Below, one piece after another: positions 21,946-31,939 of a stretch of DNA of 64,000 nt. Where the stretch lies: the IMG/VR virus record IMGVR_UViG_3300028628_000004; one strand, written 5' to 3'. Below the pieces are notes generated by a model that searched no databases, was not told the origin of the DNA, and worked only from the letters and a program-made list of their open reading frames with translations. Both the position numbers and the translations under genes were made by a program. How positions within the stretch are numbered: the stretch's first letter is position 1; every line of letters starts with the position of its first letter. The stretch comes from a virus (lineage: Duplodnaviria; Caudoviricetes).

Positions 21946-23249
21946 ATAACTCCACCATTAACATTCATTAATGTCCAATCGACACTACCGACGAATGGCA
22001 ACTCGGATTTTATTTTAAATCCAGTTGTCTTTTTGTCTGTCCACCATACGTTAATGTTTGATGAGCAACTTAGATTTATAGAATAGTCTGGAGTTTCAGT
22101 TGCGTTTTCGAACAATACTTCATATTCAGTGAAGTCACGATTAAAGTTGACTGTTCCGTGTAATCTAGGTACTTTAGATTTTGGATCTATGTTAAATAAA
22201 ACAGCATCAAGAGTAGATGTTGTCAAGTACTCAGCGCCACCAGAACCGTTGTTTATTTCTATCCCCAAAGTACGCTCATAGTGATTTGGGTGATAATCTA
22301 TGACCCTAAATTGCACCTTGATTAAATGTGAACGATTTTCATATGGTAGCTTCTCCACTACCGGACTGACACAGTTTAGATCGTTATTGACACATTCTAC
22401 TTTTTGACATCCACAATCTGCATTGCAATCTGTGTTGCTCTTTGGCTGTCCCGTGGTGTCAAATCTTCCAGTCGAAGCAAAGCCTGGAAGAGTCCCAAAG
22501 TAATTTAATGAAACAGGGAAAGACACCTTACCACCATTGTTCTGAACAACGGCGGTTCTTGTTAATTCAACTCCGGTAGAAGCATCATAAAGTCTGAATA
22601 GAACTGGTTCTGTTACGTTATATCCAGCGAATGCTATCTTTGACATTATTATTGATGCTTTATATTCTTCTTCGAAAGGTGGGAGGACCAATTCAAGGTT
22701 CTGTATATCCCACCATCTTGGTTCTCCCGTCTGTGGATCTAATGTCTTTTCGAAATTTGAAAGGGATACTAATGTCGCACAATATGGCAAACTATTAAAC
22801 TCAGCAAGAAACTTGTCTATTGACCATGTTCTATTCGGACCAGACGGATCGGACTCGCGTGGAAGATTGGCACATTTACTATGATCTAGGGATGATTTCC
22901 CCATCCACCAGAGCGATCCGTTAGTTAGGTACTTTCTCCAGCTTTGACAGGAATTTATTATTTCTTTAAGGGAATATTCTCTGGAAACAGTCTGGTCCTT
23001 AAAAAATAAGCCAACCCCATCATCAGTTCTCTTAGAGTATATTCCTTTCACTCTTGAGTATATTTCTTGAAAAGTCAAATAATCTTTATTTAATATATCA
23101 GTTATCCATTGATCTTTAAATATGAGATTGCCGTCTTCGTCTGTGAAGATGCCAACATCTACATCTGATATGTCACCAGTTGAGGTTGCCGCAGCATCTC
23201 CTTTAAATACCAGCCCATCTATCTGAAATGCTTTTGTGTTTATAGTCAT
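21942..23249 (-). CDS. virion structural protein with C-terminal shared beta module
   Basis: End of tail operon; paralogous to termini of 23253-29822. Confidence 0.65.
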   Translation of the reverse strand: MTINTKAFQIDGLVFKGDAAATSTGDISDVDVGIFTDEDGNLIFKDQWITDILNKDYLTFQEIYSRVKGIYSKRTDDGVGLFFKDQTVSREYSLKEIINSCQSWRKYLTNGSLWWMGKSSLDHSKCANLPRESDPSGPNRTWSIDKFLAEFNSLPYCATLVSLSNFEKTLDPQTGEPRWWDIQNLELVLPPFEEEYKASIIMSKIAFAGYNVTEPVLFRLYDASTGVELTRTAVVQNNGGKVSFPVSLNYFGTLPGFASTGRFDTTGQPKSNTDCNADCGCQKVECVNNDLNCVSPVVEKLPYENRSHLIKVQFRVIDYHPNHYERTLGIEINNGSGGAEYLTTSTLDAVLFNIDPKSKVPRLHGTVNFNRDFTEYEVLFENATETPDYSINLSCSSNINVWWTDKKTTGFKIKSELPFVGSVDWTLMNVNGGVI

Positions 23250-23252
23250 AAC

Positions 23253-26200
23253 TTATGCTTCCTCAAATGTATCGTATGTTTTTCTTTCATTTTCCGTTCC
23301 ATCTATTTGATCAACTGGAACATCCGTTATCAAGGTTAGCTTCCAGTCTACAGAACCTTTCCATCCCTCTAATTCTGTATTTATTATAAATGTGGAATCT
23401 GTTTTCTCGCTCCACCATACTTTTATGTTGTCGTTAGGGGTTAGAGATAAGCTATAGTTAGTAATATCAGTTATATAAGATGGCACAGCATCGAAGGTAA
23501 CTGTTACACTTGTTGTACTTCCATCGAAAGTTGCTGTTCCAAATCTTTCAATATTAACTTGCTTAGCTACATCAAATACTATAGCTCCTAGATTTGTATT
23601 ACTTAAGGTGCTATTGCCGTTATCATAGAATGGCGAAATAGTACGTTTCTTGTAATTTGCGTTCAGAGTGTCTTCTGGCATTATTATTGTGCGATTCCAT
23701 TTGAAGGTTGGACCATTTGACATGAATCCCCATGGTCCCTTATTAGATTGCAAGTCCCCGTCTTTGTTGATGGAATATCCGCCACATATAATAGCCTTGT
23801 CAGGATCACCAAAAGCCTTCTGACCGAAGTTATAAGCGGTCAAATCAAAATAATCTTTGTTTGGACCAACTGGAGTATTGAGTATTGGGACGTTTCCTCC
23901 CATACCCACATTATCTTGGAATCTTCTCCACGATGTTCCAACCCATTCTTGATTAGAGACTTCTTCTCTCGTTATTAAACAGTTAGACCCCGGTGAGGAT
24001 ATATCATATCTGTTGAAGTATTTCTCAACATTCGTCTTGTCTTTTATTTCTTCGTCTTTCTTATACTCCTGAATAAAGCTTGTGACCCATTCAGTATACC
24101 CAACGGTTGGATCAACATCTTCAGTAGTTATGTATGTTGCTGGGTTTCCTGAAATGTCGAAGCTATAAACACATGTTGCCCATGTGGACTCAGGAACGAA
24201 TATGGTCGAAGGTGCCTTACAGAAACTTACATTATCAATCTCGGATGGGTTGTTAAGAAGAGCAGTCTGGACAAGTGGAGTGTCAATATAATCGTCCATG
24301 TTGAAATGGAACTCGTCATATCTAACAATTGCTGGTACATTTTCATATACATCGTTTGTTAGATCGTCAACCTTAATAGAAGCGACTATTACCGAGTAAG
24401 AAATTATTCTCCTTGATATATCAACTCTTAGATCAGATGCTTTGTAGTTGAACCAGATTCTTCCTTCTTGGAAGGTGGACCATAGTGACACTCCCCATTT
24501 AGTGTCACATCCAGCAGCAAGCCATGCGTTGAAGTTAGATCTTCCAAATGGACCGTTGCCCCACGATTCTAGATTTCTCGTTACCCATTCATCGTGGATA
24601 TGTTCTGTCCACGGAGGTAGAGTCGATTCATCTGTGCCAAGGCATACATCGCAGTCAATACATTCATTGTCTTTATCTGTTGCTATAACAAATTCTTGAA
24701 CTTTATCCAAGTCCCCGCTTATGTTATTGTACCATGGCAAAACATATACTGTTGGATCTTTAACAATAGCAACTTGCTGATCCATATAGTCGCTGGTATC
24801 AGAGTTATTGGATATGTACTCGAATATCTTTACATATGCTCCGAAAATATTCTGACTGTTCTTTGTATTAATAAGTTCAATGACAGCTTCTCTATTTCTT
24901 GTGGATTTATTATTAGCTAATGTTCCCGAAGTATTAAGCCCATTTGCTTGTGGGTAATTATTAAAAGTGTCTTCAGCAATTCTTCTGTTCTCTTTGGCTA
25001 GTACAAGCTTATTGAACTCCGAAAGGTTATCCAAAGGAACCATAACTATAGTATAGTTGTTGACATAGTAATCTTCGGTTATAGTAGACTTCTTTTTATT
25101 ATAAGTGTCCCCGATTGCTACCCAGTAATTTCCTGATATGTCATACATGTCAACCATGGCAGTTGGTCCATGTGTTCCACCATCAGCAAGAACACACCAT
25201 GGGAAGAAGTTTTTTATAGTGTCATATGAAGGATGAACGATAGTAGAGTTATCAACTGTATAGTCAAATGGTTGACCGCTTATACTGAAAGATTTTCCAA
25301 TATCAAAGAATCCTATTCCACTTGACGATAATCCTGCGGCTACTGCCCTTGTTACATATGTCTTACTTGAAGTTACTTTTGTTTTAACTATTTCTGCGCT
25401 CTCACCGTTGACAAGGCTGCTACCATGAATGAAGAAATTAGTTCCGCTGGTTGTATCTGTATCATATGGTATTGACCACATCCAAACAGGTATACTACCA
25501 GATATACTTGCAGCGACAAACATTCCTTCTGGGGATGGGGAGATGTTAAAGTTTGACTTTGTTATGTCACAAAGATTCTTAAAGGAATAGTTATATGTTT
25601 CGGATGGTATAACTGCCGAATCCTTTGTCCATTCATATGATGTTGTGGTTTTGTACTCTGGACCGCCCGATATCCAAACTTGACTATGGTCGTGGAAGTT
25701 TTTGACATTCCAGAGGTCATATTCAACTTCTCTAAACTTAGAGTTTCTTCCAAATAGAGTAAATGCTCCGCTTATAGAGTCAACTGTTGTTAATGCAATA
25801 TCATCTGACGCTGATTCGTCGTATGTTATATAGTAGTCGAATCTTATATTTCCGTTAGCTAATATATGCCTTATTCTAAATATTTCTCTCCAGAATGAAT
25901 CTGTGTAATTGGAGGCAGAAATGGCTACTAGCCTACCAAGGGAATCTACAAACTCATCTCCAGAGATTGACACCGTATCTGCGAATATACACTCAGCCAA
26001 GTATATACTACCAGAGTCGCCCCATGTCCATGCGTAGGTTCCACTCTGGGCATGATTGTCTGTATTGCCGCATATGAGTTCATTCCATGGGAATAGTGCA
26101 GCCCTGTCACGGATCGAACTTCCAGAAATTCCGTCAACCATCACATTGTTTTCATCATTAAACCACATGCTATGGCTGTCATAGGATCTGATAGGATATG

Positions 26201-29200
26201 CCGAAGTGTTGGCTGAGTAGAACCAGTCAGTAAAGCTAATATAGTCTATTCCGTCTATTTCGAATGTTCCTTTATCGAAAGATATGTCAACTATTTCCGA
26301 TAGAATTTCGGGGAGTGGGTAGTATATTATATTTCCAGTCAATGCTGGGGTCATAAACCTACCTACTGATGTAGTTCCAGAGAAACCAGATATCGAAGAA
26401 GCTTCGACTATTTCGCCGTCCCATAGTGTTGATGCAGTTATATCCGCTATCTTGGTGGAGTAAGGATTGTTCCATTGCTCAATAAAACTATCTTTTCTTT
26501 CGCCATAGAATGCCTGGACCAATCCGCCCCTACTTGGCGTAACGTAGAAAGTATATATGTCACCTGATGTTGGGGTGTTATATGTGTGGAAATCGTCGGC
26601 AGATGTTAATGGGGTAAAGTTGTCTGGGTGGAATAGGTTTTCACCCTTTGTTGGTCGGGACCATAGCCACAAGCCACCAGTTGATGGATGTAAACGATAT
26701 CCAGTTGCAGTGTTATATATAACATTTTCTCTACTTGCTAAAGTAAAATTACCAGTTATACCAACAGTTCCCGTCACATCACATAATACGGAATAATCCT
26801 CGTCATATGTACATGCGGCTGAAATGCTTGGAAGGGTGAAGAAGGTTGGCTCTGATATGACTGTAGTTCCGTCTTTAAATACATTAACTTGTAATTGGTC
26901 GCCGGAAATGGAAGTTGCGAATTGCTTAAAGTGACCTGGGTGATATACTTCAGTTTCCCATCTATCAAAGTAAAACGCATCTGGACTCATTGGGTCCATT
27001 TCATAACCATCGCAGCGGAACGGCTTCCATATCCCGTCTTCAAAGATTCCTAGCAGAGAGCCATATTGGTCGAATTCGTGACAGTTATCATAATAATCTG
27101 GACACAATCCATAAGTCGATCCACCGGAAACAGTCCATACATAACCAATAGAGTTCCAAGTAATATCAAGAGAATCAGTAAATTCTTCCGAATAGTGTGC
27201 CGATATCTTACAAATATCCTTTGGGTTTCCTATCTTAAATAGTATGTTATTATTTGCGTCTGTGATTTCCGTTGCAAAATCCGTGTACCTTATCGAACCG
27301 TCTAGAGAACAGAAGGTATCTCGGTGACATACCCCACCGAATATATTTGCAGTGGCGCACCAGTCATCACAGTCATCAAGTTGGCTCTTGATATTAGCCA
27401 ATTCTAAAGATCCATGTAGACCACCCCAAAATATTGCCCATTTTTCATCACCTACTCCACAGTGGTGTGATACATCTTCCGTAATATCCTGTACACGTGT
27501 CCATGCTATATTGTTCCACTCATAGGCATATTTTATTATGGAATCGTTATTATGATTCCAGTAAGTTGGGTTAAAATATCTATCATAGAGGCTTTCTTTT
27601 ACATTCCCCACACCAACACATCCAGATATTGTTGCAGATGTCTTTCCACCAGTTGCTATTCCATGCGTTGCTGTTCCAACGTAGCAGGTTCCAACAGTTT
27701 TAATTGGGTATCGTTTGTTGTTGTCAACATACGAACACTTGGCTACGAGGGAGTTATAGGGCGATATAGTTGAACTTGGGTTGGCATTTTGCTCAGATAT
27801 CATTTCTTGATTGGACTTAAATTTCTGAACATTTGCATAAGAGAAATAAATGAAATTATAATCTAAGTCATTATCGTTGATATCATAGAAAGAAATATTC
27901 GCTGCCGTTGTTCCGTTAAAGCATATTCCACTTGCATTTTTTAATATAGATAATTTAGTCTCTGTATTTGTTGGATCAAGGAAATTATTTACTGAAGATG
28001 TTGTTGTGAAGCATCCCTCAAGACACTTGTCAATTTTTGAAATGAATTGTTTGCCAAAAGTATCTTCTCCGTCCCCGCTACTATCCTTTATTACTTCAAC
28101 ATACGCAGTTCCGGCAACAGAGTGCTTGGAAACGATAGGATCAAGGGATAATAATGACCATGTGAAATCGTATCCTTCTTCATTGGCAATGTAGAAATTG
28201 GAATTAAGCGATACTACAGACGGTGTTAGTGAGGTTATGCTTGGCTCATTTGCGGAAGAATTGACTCCGGTACTGCATCCCCAGGCTGTTATTGCAAACT
28301 CGCTATTTCCTCCACCTATTCCCAACCCTCTACCCACAGGAACATTATTTCTTAAAGACCAAGCTATTCCGTTCCATGTTTCACTGCTAAGTCTATCTCC
28401 CCACAAATAAAAATCTGGCGTAGATGTCGTTGAGTTTGTGACATTATAGTTAAACCCATTCGCAGCAAATCCATCAAGGTAATTTCCACCAACATAATGG
28501 AACGATCTGTTCTCTACCATAAAGGTAGATAGATAGCTATTTCTGCCGAATTCATTGATTAGTTTGTTTATCCATGACAGGTCGATGCCTTCTCTTGTCA
28601 TGACCTCATCAATACCAGTTGTCCAATGGATTGCATCAACAGTATACAAAACGTCTGGTTTCTTTTCAATATCTTCAATTATCGGGTTTACTCTAAACTG
28701 AGGCATAAGCTCATGAACAACACCATCAACATCACCATCATTCTCGTCACACTTTATTTTGAAATTTGTGTTATCACACTTGTCGATGAATACTTTATTG
28801 CAAGAGGTTTGTTCATCGCATGAAAATTCTGAAGGGGTATTTACACCGGAATCAGATTCGACGGTTCCCAAATCACCAACAAAGTGAGCGACTATAGTAT
28901 TTCCAATAAACCCATTAAGTCCATTTTTAGCGTCGGAGTAATCAAGAATCTTGCCAGTTGCTCTGTCTTTTATTCTAATACCAAAATCGACAATCTTATT
29001 ATCGGAATTTAATTCCCATATACTCGAAGCATATGTCATTAACATATGTACGATTGCTCTTTTTCTGTCTTTTATTTTCTTTGTGCGAATAGCCAAAGAT
29101 GCTTCTTGGTCATAAGCCCATGGATTAAATGCCTCAGAGTGAATAACCTGATCTACAGATATCCAACCACCACTAAGATAATCTTCGCTAACTAAGAACC

Positions 29201-29822
29201 CACTATAAGGAGGGAACTGATCTTTTTTGTCGGTATCTTTATATTTTTCATAAAGCTCGTCTTGATACTTCCTTCTGGCTTGCTCATCATTAATGACTTT
29301 ATCGAAAGATAAAAATCCAATGGTCTTTGCGATATTTGAGCATACAAAAGTGTTGAAGTATTTGTAATCTCCAAAACTTACTTGACGAAACTTGACATCG
29401 AATATAGGACCATAATCAGCTATGCGAGAGAAGCTTGAAAGTATCTCCAAATCCCTTACCATTTCCAGAAGGGTAACTTCATCTGATTGTGGGAATGGGC
29501 ACCCAAGAAGATCGTATTTCGTTAAGGTTTGATCTTTAAAAGTTAAAACGCCATTATTAGTATCATAAATGTATTTTGTCGGGGTCGATCCATCATCGTC
29601 CTCTATGAAATTTTTATCAACATTATAAAGTTCTTCTATATTTGTTTTGCCAACGACGCCTTCTCCATTGAATTTATTAACGCTGTTTGCCCATTCGTCA
29701 GATAAAGTTAGACTAGATGTTGCAGTTATAGCCTGTGAATACACTATTCCATCGGCTTCAATAACACCATCATTATTGCCTTTTATTATATGCGCTTCGT
29801 CTGCGAAGAAAAAATTAGTCAT
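23253..29822 (-). CDS. large tail/baseplate-associated protein (2189 aa) with kelch-like repeats
   Basis: WNGIAWS / WNNIAWT / WVGTSW plus G....AI..GG repeats; structural operon. Confidence 0.7.
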   Translation of the reverse strand: MTNFFFADEAHIIKGNNDGVIEADGIVYSQAITATSSLTLSDEWANSVNKFNGEGVVGKTNIEELYNVDKNFIEDDDGSTPTKYIYDTNNGVLTFKDQTLTKYDLLGCPFPQSDEVTLLEMVRDLEILSSFSRIADYGPIFDVKFRQVSFGDYKYFNTFVCSNIAKTIGFLSFDKVINDEQARRKYQDELYEKYKDTDKKDQFPPYSGFLVSEDYLSGGWISVDQVIHSEAFNPWAYDQEASLAIRTKKIKDRKRAIVHMLMTYASSIWELNSDNKIVDFGIRIKDRATGKILDYSDAKNGLNGFIGNTIVAHFVGDLGTVESDSGVNTPSEFSCDEQTSCNKVFIDKCDNTNFKIKCDENDGDVDGVVHELMPQFRVNPIIEDIEKKPDVLYTVDAIHWTTGIDEVMTREGIDLSWINKLINEFGRNSYLSTFMVENRSFHYVGGNYLDGFAANGFNYNVTNSTTSTPDFYLWGDRLSSETWNGIAWSLRNNVPVGRGLGIGGGNSEFAITAWGCSTGVNSSANEPSITSLTPSVVSLNSNFYIANEEGYDFTWSLLSLDPIVSKHSVAGTAYVEVIKDSSGDGEDTFGKQFISKIDKCLEGCFTTTSSVNNFLDPTNTETKLSILKNASGICFNGTTAANISFYDINDNDLDYNFIYFSYANVQKFKSNQEMISEQNANPSSTISPYNSLVAKCSYVDNNKRYPIKTVGTCYVGTATHGIATGGKTSATISGCVGVGNVKESLYDRYFNPTYWNHNNDSIIKYAYEWNNIAWTRVQDITEDVSHHCGVGDEKWAIFWGGLHGSLELANIKSQLDDCDDWCATANIFGGVCHRDTFCSLDGSIRYTDFATEITDANNNILFKIGNPKDICKISAHYSEEFTDSLDITWNSIGYVWTVSGGSTYGLCPDYYDNCHEFDQYGSLLGIFEDGIWKPFRCDGYEMDPMSPDAFYFDRWETEVYHPGHFKQFATSISGDQLQVNVFKDGTTVISEPTFFTLPSISAACTYDEDYSVLCDVTGTVGITGNFTLASRENVIYNTATGYRLHPSTGGLWLWSRPTKGENLFHPDNFTPLTSADDFHTYNTPTSGDIYTFYVTPSRGGLVQAFYGERKDSFIEQWNNPYSTKIADITASTLWDGEIVEASSISGFSGTTSVGRFMTPALTGNIIYYPLPEILSEIVDISFDKGTFEIDGIDYISFTDWFYSANTSAYPIRSYDSHSMWFNDENNVMVDGISGSSIRDRAALFPWNELICGNTDNHAQSGTYAWTWGDSGSIYLAECIFADTVSISGDEFVDSLGRLVAISASNYTDSFWREIFRIRHILANGNIRFDYYITYDESASDDIALTTVDSISGAFTLFGRNSKFREVEYDLWNVKNFHDHSQVWISGGPEYKTTTSYEWTKDSAVIPSETYNYSFKNLCDITKSNFNISPSPEGMFVAASISGSIPVWMWSIPYDTDTTSGTNFFIHGSSLVNGESAEIVKTKVTSSKTYVTRAVAAGLSSSGIGFFDIGKSFSISGQPFDYTVDNSTIVHPSYDTIKNFFPWCVLADGGTHGPTAMVDMYDISGNYWVAIGDTYNKKKSTITEDYYVNNYTIVMVPLDNLSEFNKLVLAKENRRIAEDTFNNYPQANGLNTSGTLANNKSTRNREAVIELINTKNSQNIFGAYVKIFEYISNNSDTSDYMDQQVAIVKDPTVYVLPWYNNISGDLDKVQEFVIATDKDNECIDCDVCLGTDESTLPPWTEHIHDEWVTRNLESWGNGPFGRSNFNAWLAAGCDTKWGVSLWSTFQEGRIWFNYKASDLRVDISRRIISYSVIVASIKVDDLTNDVYENVPAIVRYDEFHFNMDDYIDTPLVQTALLNNPSEIDNVSFCKAPSTIFVPESTWATCVYSFDISGNPATYITTEDVDPTVGYTEWVTSFIQEYKKDEEIKDKTNVEKYFNRYDISSPGSNCLITREEVSNQEWVGTSWRRFQDNVGMGGNVPILNTPVGPNKDYFDLTAYNFGQKAFGDPDKAIICGGYSINKDGDLQSNKGPWGFMSNGPTFKWNRTIIMPEDTLNANYKKRTISPFYDNGNSTLSNTNLGAIVFDVAKQVNIERFGTATFDGSTTSVTVTFDAVPSYITDITNYSLSLTPNDNIKVWWSEKTDSTFIINTELEGWKGSVDWKLTLITDVPVDQIDGTENERKTYDTFEEA

Positions 29823-29824
29823 GC

Positions 29825-31159
29825 TTAAACGTTACTCTCATAATTAAATATGTTTGGATATGAAGATGGAACTGGGCATTCTATCGCAGGAGTCTCATTT
29901 GGCAAATCCAAAGCATCAATGGCTTGTTTTGGATTAAATGAGTTTCCTAAAGTCCAATTGATAATATAACCATCTTCGCTTGGTATATCAGAAAGAGAGA
30001 CATAAAAGGAACTTGGGGTAACATCAAAAATACCTTGAACAAACAACTGCGATGAGCTTGTTGGAATAGTTAAAGTTATAATTGGTGTTGATGGATCTTC
30101 GAGAATAGGATGGTCTATCTTATAATTCTTATCGACTTGGTTACAAGCAATTTTACCTTGCACGTTGCTGTATATAGGAACTACATTAACATCTTCCCAA
30201 TTCTTATCTACCGGACTACCAGAAATACCGGCGGTCGTAGTGAATACTGACCCATAAGTGAGAATTTCTCTCATAACATAGTTAAATTGATACCATGTAA
30301 TTACATCGTTTCCTTTGAGGTTATCGCGAGTATCAGAAACCTTATGACCAAGGACGCTTGTTGCTGCTACCTTTGTACAGACATTCTTGAAGTCATAAAA
30401 CTCGTTAATATCTAATCCTTCGAGGTTATATGCTTCGACAGTATTACTATATGGAAGACAAAGACCACCAACGAAAACGCGATCTATATGGAGATATCCA
30501 GTATTCAATGTTCTGAAGATTCTGACTTTGACGCTCTTAGTGTCCCTCGCCGCTCTGAATGGAACATAGACGGTGGTCATGTTAGAATCATAACTGACAT
30601 TGGAATAGTAGGGGTGATTTACCCATTCGCCAACATTACGGAATGCCTGAACATCTTCATTTCCACCAAGTATCTGAATGGCTATTGTTTCGCATACTGA
30701 ATTTGATTCGTCCCATCCTACTTCTTCGGTGGATCCGGCTGCTTTAAGGGCGAATACTAAGTTTTGGTCGCGAAGAGTTTCTGGTATCCATATCTCTCGC
30801 TCAATCCACTTAGGGCGATCCACAGTGAGTGGCGATTGTCCCCTGTAAACAACTCTTGAGTTGGTCCTATCCCAAGTTATTTCATCATCATTGGCTATTT
30901 GAAGATCGTTAAGTGCTTTCCATGTATTGGCTTTTTTATATGTGTCTGCTAATCCACCGTTGTATATAACTCTTCTTCCCTCGCCATCATAGTCCCATAA
31001 ATTTCCATAAACACCAGAAAGCAATGCTTTGTTTCCGTTTAGGAAGTTAAGAATATACTTAATGTTCCCATCCATCTCTGAGAGTGGCTTGTTTATATTT
31101 GTATCATTTACAAACTGAGTTGTATTGACTAGATGTATGTTTTCTGTATAGTTAGGCAT
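29825..31159 (-). CDS. tail/baseplate structural protein
   Basis: NINKPL N-terminal motif, jelly-roll-like middle, shared C-terminal module. Confidence 0.65.
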   Translation of the reverse strand: MPNYTENIHLVNTTQFVNDTNINKPLSEMDGNIKYILNFLNGNKALLSGVYGNLWDYDGEGRRVIYNGGLADTYKKANTWKALNDLQIANDDEITWDRTNSRVVYRGQSPLTVDRPKWIEREIWIPETLRDQNLVFALKAAGSTEEVGWDESNSVCETIAIQILGGNEDVQAFRNVGEWVNHPYYSNVSYDSNMTTVYVPFRAARDTKSVKVRIFRTLNTGYLHIDRVFVGGLCLPYSNTVEAYNLEGLDINEFYDFKNVCTKVAATSVLGHKVSDTRDNLKGNDVITWYQFNYVMREILTYGSVFTTTAGISGSPVDKNWEDVNVVPIYSNVQGKIACNQVDKNYKIDHPILEDPSTPIITLTIPTSSSQLFVQGIFDVTPSSFYVSLSDIPSEDGYIINWTLGNSFNPKQAIDALDLPNETPAIECPVPSSYPNIFNYESNV

Positions 31160-31174
31160 CGGAGTTTGTTCCTT

Positions 31175-31927
31175 TTATATCTCTTCCCACCAATTTATAC
31201 CAGTTTTTATGAACATATAGTCAATGACACAAGTGGTTGGGTAACTTGTTCCAATCTTAACCCTATCTGTTCCCTTCTCTATCCAATAGTTATTTATATT
31301 AGTGTCAGATGACAGAATAACAGCATAATCGTCAAGATCCATGTCTGTCGTAATCCCATCCTGTGCCAAGTTAGGTTGAATAATCATCTCGTTATTATAC
31401 CATCCGTTGAGATTTGAATCTGAATTTAGTGTTATATCAAGGGTATCTTTGCCAGGAACTAGGGGGAGACTAGCGGTGGTTAATACTCTTTGACCAGCAT
31501 ATATAGATCCTGGGTTTGATATTCCTGTCATAACTGCCATGTTCTTATGAATTGCTATCCAAGATAGTTCTTCACCCATTGTGAAACTTCCGTTGATTAC
31601 AAATTTAAATGTTTTCTTATCGACCCAAAATAAATTAACATTATTATTGGAAGTGAAGAAAACAAAGTATTCATTAGTGGGGAATGGTGTTTTAAACTTA
31701 ACAACTTGAGATGTTTGCGTTGAGCAAAAATTTATAACACCAGACTTAAACAGTCTTTCATTTAGGTCTTTTACCATAACCCAGTCAAAAACAGTTTCCA
31801 GACCAGAAAACGCCCCGTTTAAAGAAAATTTATTGAAGTCGTCTCGCTGATACCAGCAATTTGTGTTTACGCCTGCGGTAGCTACGATTCCGCCATTTAT
31901 TTTAATGCTATCTATTGGATCTGACAT
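31175..31927 (-). CDS. structural protein built from shared beta modules
   Basis: FKTPFPTNEYFVFFTSNNNVNLFW and YAVILSSDTNINNYW repeats. Confidence 0.65.
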   Translation of the reverse strand: MSDPIDSIKINGGIVATAGVNTNCWYQRDDFNKFSLNGAFSGLETVFDWVMVKDLNERLFKSGVINFCSTQTSQVVKFKTPFPTNEYFVFFTSNNNVNLFWVDKKTFKFVINGSFTMGEELSWIAIHKNMAVMTGISNPGSIYAGQRVLTTASLPLVPGKDTLDITLNSDSNLNGWYNNEMIIQPNLAQDGITTDMDLDDYAVILSSDTNINNYWIEKGTDRVKIGTSYPTTCVIDYMFIKTGINWWEEI

Positions 31928-31939
31928 TTTTTATCTCCG